DNA of 64,000 nt from Mobula hypostoma (taxonomy: Eukaryota), in contig NC_086097.1 in assembly GCF_963921235.1 (NCBI RefSeq), positions 27,654,001-27,718,000 on the forward strand, written 5' to 3'. The notes under the pieces were generated by a model, which saw nothing but the letters and a program-made list of their open reading frames with translations, ran no database searches and was not told the origin of the DNA. Made by a program: the position numbers and the translations under genes. Positions 1 to 12,000 of this stretch are shown here, piece after piece; position 1 is the stretch's first letter; each line of letters begins with the position of its first letter.

Positions 1-1005
1 TGAGGCTGCTTAGCAGAAAACAGAGATTGGGAATAAAAGGGATCCTATTCTGGCTGGCTGCCGGTTACCAGTGGAGTTTCACAGGGGTCGGTGTTAGGAC
101 CGCTGCTTTTTATGATGTACATCAATGATTTGGACTATGGGATTAACGGATTTGTGGTTAAATTTGCCGATGATACAAAGATAGGTGGAGGAGCGGGTAC
201 TGCTGAGGAAACAGAGAGGCTGCAGAGAGACTTTGATAGTTCAGGGCAGTGGGCAAAGAAGTGACAAATGAAATACAATGTGGGAAAGTGTATGGTCATA
301 CACTTTGGTGGAAGAAATAAACAGGGAGACTATTATTTAGATGGGGAGAGAATTCAAAATGCAGAGATGCAAAGGGACTTGGGAGTCCTTGTGCAGGATG
401 CCCTAAAGGTTAACCTCCAGGCTCTATAAGGCACTTGTGAGACCGTACTTGGAGTATTGTGTGCAGTTTTGGGCTCCTTATTTTAGAAAGGATATACTGA
501 CATTGGAGAAGATTCATGAAAATCATTCCAGCAATGAAAGGGTTACCGGATGAGGAACATCTGGTAGCTCTTGGGCTGTATTCCCTGGAGTTCAGGAGAA
601 TGGGGGGGGGGGAAGAGGATCTCATAGAAACATTCTGAATGTTAAAAGGCCTGAACAGATTAGATATGGCAAAGTTATTTCCCATGGTAGGGGAGTCTAG
701 GACAACAGGGCACGACTTCAGGATTGAAGGGCTTCCATTTAGAACTGAGATGCGGAGAAATTACATTAGTCAGAGGGTGGTAAATCTGTGGAATTTATTG
801 CCACAAGCAGCAGTGGAAGCCAAGTCATTGGGTTTATTTAAGGCAGAGATAGATAGGTTCTTGATTGGCCAGGGCATCAAAGGGTATGGGGAGAAGGCAG
901 GGGAGTGGGGATGACTGGGAGAATTGGATCAGCCCATGATTGAATGGTGGAGCAGACTCGATACGCCGAATGGCCTACTTCTGCTCCTTATCTTATGGTC
1001 TTATG
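1..1005 (+). mobile_element. CR1 LINE 3' fragment (RT C-terminus + 3'UTR), degenerate
   Basis: FADDTK RT motif, CR1 C-terminal ORF 639-914, (ttatggtc)n tail; same family as 17900-19520 and 40190-42960. Confidence 0.9.
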
Positions 1006-1078
1006 GACACCCACCATCCACGTTCTGCTCTCTTTTTGCTATTACTATCAGGCAGGAGGTATAGGAGTCTCAGGACCC

Positions 1079-1466
1079 TGTCCTGTGGGGAACATGGCTT
1101 ACTTCGATTGTTGAAAGTCGCTTTGTCGTGATTCATTAGTTTAGAAACTGCAGCTGGTTTTCCCCTTGGAGAGCTGCCTGGTGTCTTGTTTCAAATATCC
1201 CAGGTATAAAATAGCATGTGGAAGGGGCTTGCTCTTTCCTCTTTTGTTTAGGACAAGCCATGCAATAACTATTTGGAAGGTATGCTTTGCGCGTATTTTT
1301 AACTCAGTATGTTGGTTGAATATTCAACTTTACCGTTTCTGTAACTTGGGGAACTTGAATGTTTGGTCAAATTTTTACTGTTTGTAAATCAATGATTAAT
1401 ATGCTAATTCACAGACAGTGTCTTCTGTCTCACTTGCCAGACCTGCAAACCTGATTCAACATTACA
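1079..1466 (+). repeat. ERV 5' LTR
   Basis: TG...CA ends (tgtcctgtgggg...ttcaacattaca); aligns along its length with 6348-6712; TATA-like tataaaa at ~1206. Confidence 0.88.
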
Positions 1467-1469
1467 TCT

Positions 1470-1487
1470 TGGCATTGCGAGCAGGGT
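1470..1487 (+). promoter_or_regulatory. Primer binding site, tRNA-Ser-like
   Basis: tggcattgcgagcagggt, 3 nt after the LTR; 15/18 match to TGGCGCAGCGAGCAGGGT, the remembered reverse complement of the vertebrate tRNA-Ser(UGA) 3' end. Confidence 0.65.
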
Positions 1488-2049
1488 ATGGCTTTTTGAG
1501 GAGAAATGTATTTCTTTATATAACACTCTGGGAAAGATTTCACTGCTAACATAATGGTCTTTCACAGGTTTGGTGGGACCAGAGTGTGTATTCCCTAGAC
1601 TTACACAGATCAAGGAAACCGGGCTTTCATTTAAAACAGTGGACTCCCCACCCCCACCCCCGGCCGATATGAGAGATGCAGAATCCCAGGTTGGACAGAT
1701 AGTAGTGTGGGCTTTGGAAGTCTTGCCAACCTACTGATGGGTTATGGAATGTCTGTAACAAACAAGGGAAAATCTGCAGATGCTGGAAATGTGAGCAACA
1801 CACACAAAATGCTGGAGTAACTCAGCAGACCAGGCAGCATCTAGGAAAAGAGTACAGTCTATGTCTTGGGCCAAAACCCTTGAAGCCTGCTGAGTTCCTC
1901 CAACATTTTGTATGGAATTGGTCAGGCCAGTTAGACATGCCAAGGTTGAAATGAGACACCACATTGTTTCCATACTTAAATTGTTAGGTTTTCCCAGGAG
2001 AAAAGATAGCTGGCGGGATGCTTTCTGGCTGTCTGCAGCGATATAAAAT

Positions 2050-3260
2050 GATAGCGAGTCTTGAGTGAATAGGAAGATCTCAGTCAGCTCTATATTATCC
2101 AGACATAATCACTATTGATGGCTCAGAGAAGGGCTGCAAAGCTAGAAGGTAAGAATATAGGGATAGCTTGTCTGATAATGAAGCTACAGCACTTACACAC
2201 TGTGCACCAAGCTGGTTGGCAGCATGACCCTGATAAGATTCGAGCCATGATGAGACAGAGCAATAATCATACTATGGGGCTGGAGGATGCGGATGTCTGG
2301 CTGGATGATGAAAATGAGGAATAGAGTGTAGCGTGCAGCCCTCAGTTTAATCCTTGAAATGATCGCCCTCTCTGTTACATGTCTGAATCAGTACGGGCCA
2401 GGCCAGTGATCACTCATTCCCAAACCCATCATGGGGGATATCGACGCAGGGCTTCTTCCTCTCAGAACGGCAAGGAAGAGGAGGCTCGGAATGTGTGAGG
2501 GATGGTGTAATGGGCCTCTTCGAGACAACAGAGGTCAGAGAATTCTCCACTAAGGAATTAGCAAGTTTAGGGGATAGGTACAGACAAAAGGCTGGGGAGT
2601 TTGTGGACATATGATATTTGAGGATATGGGATGAGGGAGGCATTGGCGTGAGCCTATCTAATGGAGAGATGGGTGCCTTAGGAACTCTACTGTCCAGCTA
2701 GCAATCAATAACGTTCTGAGAACACTGCTTGTTTCCCCCAAGCATAATGCATCACTATGGGATCGGTTAACGACAGAAGTTAAACATAAATATCATTCTC
2801 TTACGGAATGGAATTTAAAACCCCATGTGTAATGAAGCACAGTAGAGGGGGCACTAAAGTTCTTCACTAGTGTGCTCTTATCACAGAATTATACTGCAAT
2901 AGTGGCATCCTGTCAGAGGATATTGAATTAACTTCTCTAATGATAGGACATGTGGTTACGGCATGGCTTTTCCAATAAAAGGAGTGGGTCTGATTTTAAT
3001 AGCAGCAGCTGTTGGGCACCCTATAAGTACAGAGATTCAATCACGAGAGTACATAGAAGAGCGTGCACCTAGTCAGGTACGGAAGTTGGATAAGCAGGTG
3101 GGGAGTGGGGGATCCCGCATATCCCCGTAAATAAATGTTTTTAGCATTGCTCAAAGCTGGGGTCCTGAGGAGCAGGTGTATGGGGTTCTCACACCCACCC
3201 TCTCTGCAATGTGGAGGAAGTACTGTCAGGAGAAGCAAGAGAGGGAGCCTGTTGAGGGCG
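2050..3260 (+). pseudogene. gag: ERV gag pseudogene (ERV-L/Fv1-family capsid-like)
   Basis: From 2522: ETTEVREFSTKELASLGDRYRQKAGEFVDI*YLRIWDEGGIGVSLSNGEMGALG (cf. ERV-L YTPKEL...YRQKSGE..WEWILRVWDNGG). At ~3135-3225: MFLALLKAGV/PEEQVYGVLTPTLSAMWRKY (cf. ERV-L LWHWLINHGVPRSEID..PT..LL.LY). Contains stops and frameshifts. Confidence 0.8.
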
Positions 3261-3330
3261 AAGGGCCATTCTTCAAGCTCTCTGCAGATAAGGGTTCCAT
3301 TTGTCCTCTGCCAGATTCCTCAAATTCCAA

Positions 3331-4615
3331 GCAACACACACAAAACGCTGGAGGAACTCAGCAGGTCAGGCAGCATCTACAGAAATGTTTCAGGCTGAGA
3401 CCTTTCATCAGGACTGGAGAAAAAAGTTATTAAATCAGAGTAAGAAGGTTGGGGGAGGGGAAGAAGAAATACAAGGTGGTAGGTGACAGGTGAAACCGGG
3501 CGAGGTGAAGTAAAGAGCTGGAAAGTCTATTTATGACAGGCATAAAGGGCTGGAGAAGGGAGTATCTGAAGGAGAGGACAGAAGGCCATGGAAGAAAGTG
3601 AAGGAGAGGAGCACTAGAGGAAGGTGATGGGCAGGTAAGGAGATAACGTGAGAGAGGGAAATGAGAATGGGGAATAGTGGAGGAGGGGGCATTACCGGAA
3701 GTTCAAGAAATTAATGTTCATGTCATCAGCTTGGAAGCTACCCAGGCGGAATAGAAGTTGCTCCTTCAAACTGACTGTGGCCTCATTGTGGCAGTAGCGG
3801 AGGCCATGGATGGACAAGTCGGAATGGGAATGGGAAATGGAATTAAAAAGGGTGGCCACTGGGAGATCCCGATTTTTCTGCCAGACGGAGCTTAGGTGCT
3901 TGGCAAAGTGGTCTCCCGATCTACATCAGCTCTCACCAATACACAGGAGGCCACACTGGGAGTACTGAATACAGTAGATGACCCCGACAGACTCACAGAT
4001 TAAGTGTCGCCTCACCTGGAAGGACTGTTTGGAGCTCTGAATAGTAATGAGGGAGGAAGTGTAGGGACAGGCGTAGCACATGATCTGCTTGCAAGAATAA
4101 GTGTCAGGAGGGAAATCAGTGAGGAGGGATAAATGGACAAGGGAGTTGCATAGGGAGCAAACTTTGTGGAAAGCAGAAAGTGGGGTGGAGGGAAAGATGT
4201 GTTTGGTGGTGAGATCCAGTTGGAGATAGTGGAAGTTAAGAAGAATTATGTGCCAGACTCGGAGGCTGATTGGGTGGCAGGTGAGGACAAGAGGAACCCT
4301 TTCCCTTGTGGGGTAGCAGGAGGATGGAATGAGGGCAGATGTGCGTGAAATGGAAAAGATGCGGTTGAGGGCAGTGGAGGAAGGGAAGACCCTTTCTTTG
4401 AAGAAGGAGGGCATCTTCTTAGTTCTGGAATGAAAAGCCTCATCCAGACAGCAGACGTGGCACAGATAGAGGAATTGAGAGAAGGAGATGGCCCAAGTAA
4501 CAGCATAGGAAGAGGTATAGTCCAGGTAGTTGTGAGAGTCGGTGGGTTTATAAGCTGTCTCCAGAGATATAGACAGAGATCGAGAAAGGGGAGGGAGGAG
4601 TCGGAAATGGTTATA
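3331..4615 (-). mobile_element. Penelope-like element fragment (RT C-terminus + GIY-YIG endonuclease + 3' region) nested in the ERV
   Basis: ORF 3926-4414 ends ...CESVGVIYCIQYSQCGLLCIGES (GIY-YIG); LPFLDL RT motif in ORF 4246-4647. Confidence 0.85.
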
Positions 4616-4842
4616 AAAATATCAGTAATGTAATCCTCACATTCCATTCAGGATTCCCTATTACCCGCACTGGAGACATTGTCTGACCTTCCCCAGCAGA
4701 GAGATATGGCGGGGAGGCAGGTGGTTAGCATATTTGCACCTCATTGCTGTAGGAAGGGGGTCATTCAACTTGCATCCCTCTTCCCTGCAAATAGAGTATG
4801 AATGACTTGAATGCAGAGGAATGTGAGGAGTGGCCACACACA

Positions 4843-4844
<2 letters not shown>

Positions 4845-4892
<48 letters not shown>
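4845..4892. repeat. (TG)n microsatellite
   Basis: About 22 TG units. Confidence 0.95.
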
Positions 4893-4893
<1 letters not shown>

Positions 4894-5599
4894 TTGTGTA
4901 TTTATGAGAGGATTTTGTCTTTAAGAAACTCTGAATGTGTTGGGCCCTGCACAGGTGCTTTTTCCTTCTCAGATGTTCTCTGATAAGTGTGTTATTTCTC
5001 TGTGAGAAATTAACTGTCTATTTTGAGCTTCTGCAGTTTCATACCAAGTTTTAAAGAGGAGGAGTACAGGCTGGGTTTTATGTTTTGTGTTGTAATCTGT
5101 TACTTTGTTTCATATATTTGTTTAGTCAGTTAATTTGTTTCTTGTTTTTTAAAATCTGTTTTACATTTATTGTGTCTTAATTTGTTACTTTGTTACTTAT
5201 TTCCCCATGCAATTGGTTTTAGGGATGAATCACATTTCATATTGGCCATATAAAATTTGAGTTGATGGGGTAGAAATTTTGGCAACTTTATTCCCTCGGA
5301 TATTTCAGAGGGACATAAGCATTTGGGGAGCAATTCCAGTGGGGTTATTATGTGTTTTCTAAAGACCCAGGAGCAAGTGCACTTATATCTCCCTGCATTA
5401 CAGAATGGCAAAGTGGTGGATGCTGACTTGTGGTGGGAGATCCTGTGATACATTCTTAGGGATGTGTTTGAATGTCCACATCGGACCAACGCGTCAGATT
5501 GCTGATTTGGTATGAGGACTTCTTACTATATTGCTGAAGGGATGCCACCGATATTGATCCTTTTGACAAGGGAAAAGACTGTTGGGGGAAATTATCTGG

Positions 5600-6300
5600 C
5601 TTTTTGGGTTTTGGCATTCCATTTTGGGGGAGCTCAAAGGGGGTAGTCTATTCAAGCCAACCTCAACCCAGAGTATGGTAACAGCCTTAAGGGACTTGAG
5701 CCTCAATAGCCACTGTGGAGCAAGTGCCTTAACAGCTGGTATTACCCTACATACCATTTGTTTAACTGGAAGGTACTGACTCTTAAAGTGATTTCCCCAC
5801 CTGACAGAGTGTTGGTGTAGGTGGTATGTTGATTGAAGGTGCAAGGTAGATGGCAAGTGTGAGCAGGAACAGTCTCCTGAGGTGGCTGTGCCTATGCCAA
5901 ATGGTGTTGTGAAGGTGGGCACTCTCTGGGTGCTGAATGGAACTTACTGGACATGCAGTTCCTAGACTTACCCATGGTTCCCACACAGTGGCCTGACTGT
6001 ATCAGGAACTGATTTCGACGGCCTTAGATTACCTGCTCACAAAGGAAGGTGGCACTTGTACTTTACTGGTTAAAAATGCTGCACCTACATTCCTGATGGG
6101 TAGCTGAACATCACTCACTTGGTTGATCACATCTGAGAGTCAGTGTATAAGATTAAGTGGGGGACCATCTCATTAGCTATTACACTCTGGGGTGGGGCTG
6201 GTGGACCACTGTAGCATACAGGGTGACTACTGGGTTTCCAGTATTGGCTATTGTATTCCTGTGTTTTATATGTAACTTAGGGAGTTCATGGGAGTCATAC
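5600..6300 (+). pseudogene. env: ERV env pseudogene, gamma-type TM
   Basis: SU motif LWVLNGTYWTCSS*TYPWFP (~5923-5983); ISD + CX6CC remnant TALDYLLTKEGGTCTLL-x-CCTYIPD (6018-6097, 1-nt deletion); hydrophobic anchor WWTTVAYRVTTGFPVLAIVFLCFIC (~6200-6273). Confidence 0.85.
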
Positions 6301-6347
6301 TCGTCTGAGGGTTAGATCATCACGTTCGCAACTTTCAAGAGGTGGAG

Positions 6348-6712
6348 GGTCCTGTGGGGGCCGTGGTTTATTCTGGTCATCAAAAGTTGTTTTGTCGTGA
6401 CTGGTTAGTTTAGAAACTGCAGCTCCTTTTCCCATTAGTTAGTTGCTTGGAGTCCAGTTTCAGATATTCCTAGTATGAAATAGCACATGAAAGGGACTTG
6501 CTCTCCCTTCCTTTGCTTAAGGCAAGCGATGTACATAACCATTGTGAAGGTATGCTTTGTGTGCGCTTTTAACTAAGTAGGTTTCTGTAACTTGGGGAAC
6601 ATGACTGTTTGGTCAAATTTTTACTATTTGTAAATAACTGATTAATATACTTATTGGCGGTCAGTGTTTTCTGTCTCGCGGGCCAGACCCACAAACCTGA
6701 TTCAACAATACA
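6348..6712 (+). repeat. ERV 3' LTR
   Basis: Homologous to 1079-1466, ends ttcaacaataca, preceded by polypurine tract aagaggtggag. Confidence 0.88.
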
Positions 6713-7060
6713 ATCCCACTCTACCATGTGCAGGAAAAGTTATTATCCTTCAAACACCAGCTTCCTGAACCAATATGGATAACTTCATTTATCTTAATGA
6801 ACAACCTACTAACTTCACAACCTATAGACACACTTTCAAGGAGTCTGCAACTTACATTTTCAGTATCATTTATTTATTTTACACAATTTGTCTTCTTTTG
6901 CAAATTGATTGTCATTCTTTGTTTATACATAGTCTTTTTTATAAATCTTATTGTATTTCTTTATTTTCCTATAAGTGCCTCCAAGAAAATGAATCATAAG
7001 TTGGTATATGGTGATATATATGTACTTTGATAATGAATTTATTTTGACTTCTGACTTTGA
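6713..7060 (+). mobile_element. Rex/Babar-like LINE 3' end (continuation of 1005-1078, split by the ERV)
   Basis: Shared 3' tail ...aagaaaatgaatc...tactttgataat...(ctttga)n seen in many copies in the window. Confidence 0.7.
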
Positions 7061-8119
7061 ACAGTGGGCATCATGCCAAGAGCACAATCTTATTACAGTG
7101 CACACTGTTTCACTGAATCACAGTGAAATAGGGACTCCAGGGTCATTCTCCTTGCTGAGGAGCATGAATAAATAAGGGAAGTGCTCAATATCTTAAATGG
7201 GGAGTAGCACTTGAGAGAAATTGTTAAATCCTTTCAAACAGCTTACACAACAATAGTGAATGAAATGGTTCCCTCAAGCTTTAGAGACCCAATAGTTGTT
7301 TGAAGCATCAAGGCGTTCTTTTATTCCCATATGATTTTCCTTTAGATTACTTCTCCCTTCATTTCAATGGATTGAGTTACACAAAGGGATATATGAACAA
7401 GTGACCAAAGCTATATCTATGAGTTTCACGGTGAAAAGGGGTTAAAGAGAGGCAAAATATGGAGAGATTTAGATACGGGTTTTCAGAATTTATGGCCACG
7501 GCTTTGATACTATTGAATCTGCAATATAGCTGATAACTCATTCCATATATAACCACAAGAGATTCTGCAGATGCTGCAAATGCAGAGCAACACCCACAAA
7601 ATCCTGGAGGAACTCAGCAGGTCATAGGTAGGAAAAGGGAGTCAGCCTTCTACCTAACTCCCTATATTTTCTGAAGAGATGATTTGGCAGATCAATACAC
7701 ATAAAATGCTGGAGGAACTCAGCAAGTCAGGTAGCATCGATGTAAATGAATAAACTATTGACATTTTGGGCTCAGACCCTTCTTCAGGACGGGAAAGGAA
7801 GGGGGAAAACACCAAAATAAGAAGATGGGAGGATAGCTAGAAAGTGATAGGTGAAGCTAGGTGAGTAGGAAAGATAATGGATTGAAAATGGATACGTGGC
7901 TGAGCAATTTGTGCAGGATGCAGGATTTCAGGTTTAGAGTCATAGAAAAGTACTGCACATAAACAGGCTCTTTAACCCATCTAGTCTGTGCTAAACCATT
8001 TCTGGATCATTAAGATCTCTTTTGGGGAAGGTATGACCTGTACAAAAAGAATGGGTTGCACCTAAACCCAAGGGGGTCCAACATCCTTGTGGGCAGGTTT
8101 GCAAGAGCTATTGGGGATT

Positions 8120-10495
8120 GTGGACTTCTGGTGAGGCACGAGGCAAGATGGCAGCACAGCACTGAGCATTGACATATAACTCTCCTTTTTCAAGTTCTTT
8201 AGGGCTCATAGACGGTCTTATATAAGGTTGAGTTGGAGAAAGATCTAACTAAAGACATGACCTCAAAAAAAGATCCAAATTCAACCAGGAAACAAGATAC
8301 CAGCAGATGACACCAAGCTAGCGATTCATCCGAGGAAATAGCTATGCTAATTAAGCAAACAATGGCAACGGAGATGGAATCGCTGCAAGAAAAGGTAGCC
8401 CACATGCTAAAGGAGTCGCTGGAAAAGTCTCTCAACCCCATACAGAAGCATATGGCAGAGAATGGCAACATTCTCTGGTCATTAAAGGAGCAAGCGGACA
8501 TTCATGCTAAAAAATTTAGCACAGTCTTCAACAGTCTTCAAGGGATTAAAAGTAACATTAGCAAATATGCAGATGACACAAAGCTGGGTGGCAGTGTGAA
8601 ATGTGAGGAGGATGTTATGAGAATGCAGGGTGACTTGGACAGGTTGGGTGAGTGGGCAGATGCATGGCAGATGCAAGTTAATGTGGATAAATGTGAGGTT
8701 ATCCACTTTGGTGGTAAGAACAGGAAGGCAGATTACTATCTGAATGGTGTCAAGTTAGGAAAAGGGGAAGTACAATGAGATCTAGGTGTCCTTGTTCATC
8801 AGTCACTGAAAGTAAGCATGCAGGTACAGCAGGCAGTGAAGAAAGCTAAAGGCATGCTGGCCTTCATAACAAGGGGAATTGAGTATAGGAGCAAAGAGGT
8901 CCTTCTGCAGTTGTACAGGGTTCTGGTGAGACCACACCTGGAGTATTGTGTACAGTTTTGGTCTCCAAATTTGAAGAAGGACATTCCAGCTATTGAGGTA
9001 GTGTAGCTTAGGTTCATGAGGTTAATTCCCGGGATGGCAGGACTGTCATATGTTGAAAGATTGGAGCGACTGGGCTTGTATATACTGGAATTTAGAAGGA
9101 TGAGAGGGGTTCTGATTGAAACATATAAGATTATTAAGGGATTGGACATGTTAGAGGCAGGAAACATGTTCCCGCTGATGGGTGAGTCCAGAACCAGAGG
9201 CCACAGTTTAAGAATATGGGGTAGACAATTTAGAACGGAGTTGAGGAAAAACTTTTTCACACAGAGGGTTGTGGTTCTGTGGGATGCTCTGCCTCAGAAG
9301 GCAGTGGAGGCCAATTCTCTGGATTCTTTCAAAAAAGAGTTAGATAGAGCTCTTAAAGATAGCGGAGTGATGGAATATGGGGAGAAGGCAGGAAAAGGGT
9401 ACTGATTGTGGATGATCAGCCATGATCACAGTGAATGGTGGTGCTGGCTTGAAGGGCTGAATGGGCTACTCCTGCACCTATTGTCTATTGTCTAAGATAG
9501 ACAACATTCAGGTTTGCTTACGCAAGAATGAGCAAGTTACTAACTCCTGTCTCGCGGAGGTGACTAAGATATGGAAGAAGCTAAACGACTTGGAGGACAG
9601 ATCCAGGAGAAACAATGTGCGGCTGGTCAATTTACCGAAAGGCGCTGAGGGCGACGATCCAAGAGGTTACCTCCAGGAGATGCTGCTTAATTGGATTCCA
9701 GCGCTCAAGAATTCCCACAGCACTCCACTGGAGATTGATAGAGCACATAGGATCTTTTCCAACAACACCTCAAGACCGCGGACCATGGTTTTTAGGCTTC
9801 TACGGTACACTGACCAGCAGGCTATCCTGGAGGGCGCGAGGAAAGCCAAACCTACTCTCCCTGACGGCACCCAGCTGCATTTCTTCGCTGACTACGGCCC
9901 CGGCACGACGCAGGAATGGCAGGGATACAAGGAGATCCGTGCTAAGCTTTGACAGAAGGAGATCGACTCATTCCTCATATACCCGGCGGTTTTGAGAGTG
10001 AATATCAAGGGCATGAAGATGTCATTTAACTCGGCAGAGGAAGCGAAAGAAGCTCTGAAAACATCGGTGCTGGGAGATATGGAAGAAGACCCTGGGCAAA
10101 GTCCACACGCCCCTCGGGAGGAGATGGAACTGCATTAAGAGCTCAGACCAGCCTGTATGCGCAATCTGACAGGCACGGGCAAGTTAACGTCCTCGGTGTG
10201 AAGTTTTCTGGTTATTCTTTTATTGGAAAGTTATTCATTCCACTTGTATTTAGTTAATTAAGGGGCCAATTTGACTCTGAGCATTGCAGGTCAGGGTTTT
10301 AAGGTTAACTTGTTAGTACAAGGATAACATGGTAAGGTGATATAAGTCCGCCTAGATTTATACTTTTTATCTTTTACTTTCTACGGTGATATTCAATATA
10401 CCCAAATGTCATACTTTATCAAGAATGAAGTTGAAAAACAGCAGTTTGTTCTGAATAACTTTAGTCGTACATGTTCATTTCGGGTTATGTCTCCA
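8120..10495 (+). mobile_element. L1-clade LINE 5' part (5'UTR + ORF1 + spacer), interrupted by a CR1
   Basis: 5' ggacttctgg...aagatggcag; ORF1 from ATG 8258 with coiled coil, LEDRSRRNNVRLVNLP, EIDRAHR and YPAVL motifs (Transposase_22-type), stop at ~10138; internal stops. Confidence 0.88.
8542..9493 (+). mobile_element. 5'-truncated CR1 LINE inserted into the L1 ORF1
   Basis: [20 protein letters not shown], (tattgtc)n tail; same family as 53108-54090. Confidence 0.92.
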
Positions 10496-10496
10496 G

Positions 10497-11200
10497 TAGA
10501 CTTGTCCCTACACCTCCTCTCTTGCCACCATTCAGGGCCCCAAATAGTCCTTCCAGGTGAGGCAACACTTCACTTGCGAATCTGTTGGGGTCATCTATTG
10601 CATCCGGTGCTCCCGGTGCGGCCTCCTCTACATCGGTGAAACCCGACGCAGATGGGAGACCGCTTCGTTGAGCACCTCCACTCCGTCCGCCACAACAGAC
10701 AGGATCTCCCGGTAGCCACCCACATCAACTCTGCTTCCCATTCCCATTCAGATATGTCCATACATGACCTCCTCTACTGCCACGATGAGGCTAAACTCAG
10801 GTTGGAGGAGCAACACCTCGTATACTGTCTAGGTAGTCTCCAGCCCCTTGGTATGAACATAGAATTCTCCAACTTCCAGTAATTCCCTCCCCCTCCCTCA
10901 TAGTTCCGCCTCCTTCTACTACTGCGCATTGTTCTCCTGCCAATCACCTCCCTGCTTCCCCTCCCCCACCCCTTTGTCTTTCAAATTACTGTTTTTTTCA
11001 ACTACCAGCATTCTTCAAACCCTCCCCAAAGTTCTTCCTTCAGTCCTGACGAAGGGTTTCGGCCCAAAACATCGACTAATCTTTTCAACTGATGCTGACT
11101 AATCTTTTCAACTGATGCTGACTGACCTGCTGAGTTCCTCCAGCGCATTGTGAGTGTTCCTTTGACAACAGCATCTGTAGATTATTTTGTGTTTGTGAGC
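10497..11200 (+). mobile_element. Penelope-like element 3' fragment (GIY-YIG + pseudo-LTR)
   Basis: GDRFVEHL...PVATH...EEQHL..LGSLQP.GMN; hammerhead-like motif at 11042-11077. Confidence 0.88.
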
Positions 11201-11599
11201 CTAATTTTATTTCTATCTTCCACAACGATCAAAGAGATTGTTGAATGGTAGTGGGGTGACCCCCAGTGACCTTCTCGGTGGTTTTTAGTACCTTCTATAA
11301 GGTCTCGTGATCTGATGCCCTGCAGCTTCCATACCACACAATTATGCAGCCAGATAGGAAACTCTCGAAGGTGCTCTTGTGGCAAGTTATTAGAATGGAG
11401 GTGCAGAGCCTTGCAAAGATACATAACATAAATAACATGATGACCATCGCAATGGACAGCTAAATGGCAGCTGGTTGGAACATTCAAAGTGATTGATTAG
11501 ACTGAGCAAAGTGCAGTTTTAGAAAATACTGATACAAGGACTATGGGGGGCAGTGATCAAATTTCACAGAGAATTTAAGAAGCATTTAAATAAAGATTG

Positions 11600-11945
11600 T
11601 AAAGATCTAATGATTATCTTTATCTCTCACATATACATTGAAACATCGAAACATACAGTGAAATGCATTGTTTGCATCAATGACCAATACATTTGGGATC
11701 TTCTAGTCTGGGGGCAGCCCACAAGTGTCGCCATTCATGCCAATGTAGTGGTGCCAACGTAGCATGTCTATAACTCACTAACCCAAATTTGTATGTCTTT
11801 TTGGAACGTGGGAGGAAACTGGAGCACCTGGAGAAAACTCATACAGTGATGAAGAGAATGTACTCACTCCTTACAAACAGTCATGGAAATTGAACCCTGA
11901 CCGCTAGCGCTATAAGTATTGTGTTAACCACTATGCTACCATGCC
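11600..11945 (-). mobile_element. V-SINE-like tRNA-derived SINE
   Basis: Core tgggaggaaac(c/t)ggagcacctggagaaaac; related copies at 15990-16230, 31620-31880, 45225-45525 and 56735-57850. Confidence 0.65.
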
Positions 11946-12000
11946 ACCTCGCAATTAATTGCATGCATTTTATCAGAAATAACAGTAAATTCCTTTTTAC

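Larger units (their letters stand above)
1079..6712 (+). mobile_element. Degenerate endogenous retrovirus, class III (ERV-S/ERV-L-like gag) with gamma-type env remnant; pol largely deleted
   Basis: Diverged direct LTRs 1079-1466 and 6348-6712; PBS at 1470; PPT at 6337-6347; gag, protease-like and env motifs; imperfect 5-bp TSD gaccc/atccc; splits a Rex/Babar 3' fragment that resumes at 6713. Confidence 0.85.

Noticed and set aside
8344..8778. ORF fusing a coiled coil to an RT fragment, suggesting a novel chimeric gene
   Set aside because: Chance in-frame junction of L1 ORF1 with the inserted CR1; both parts carry stops nearby
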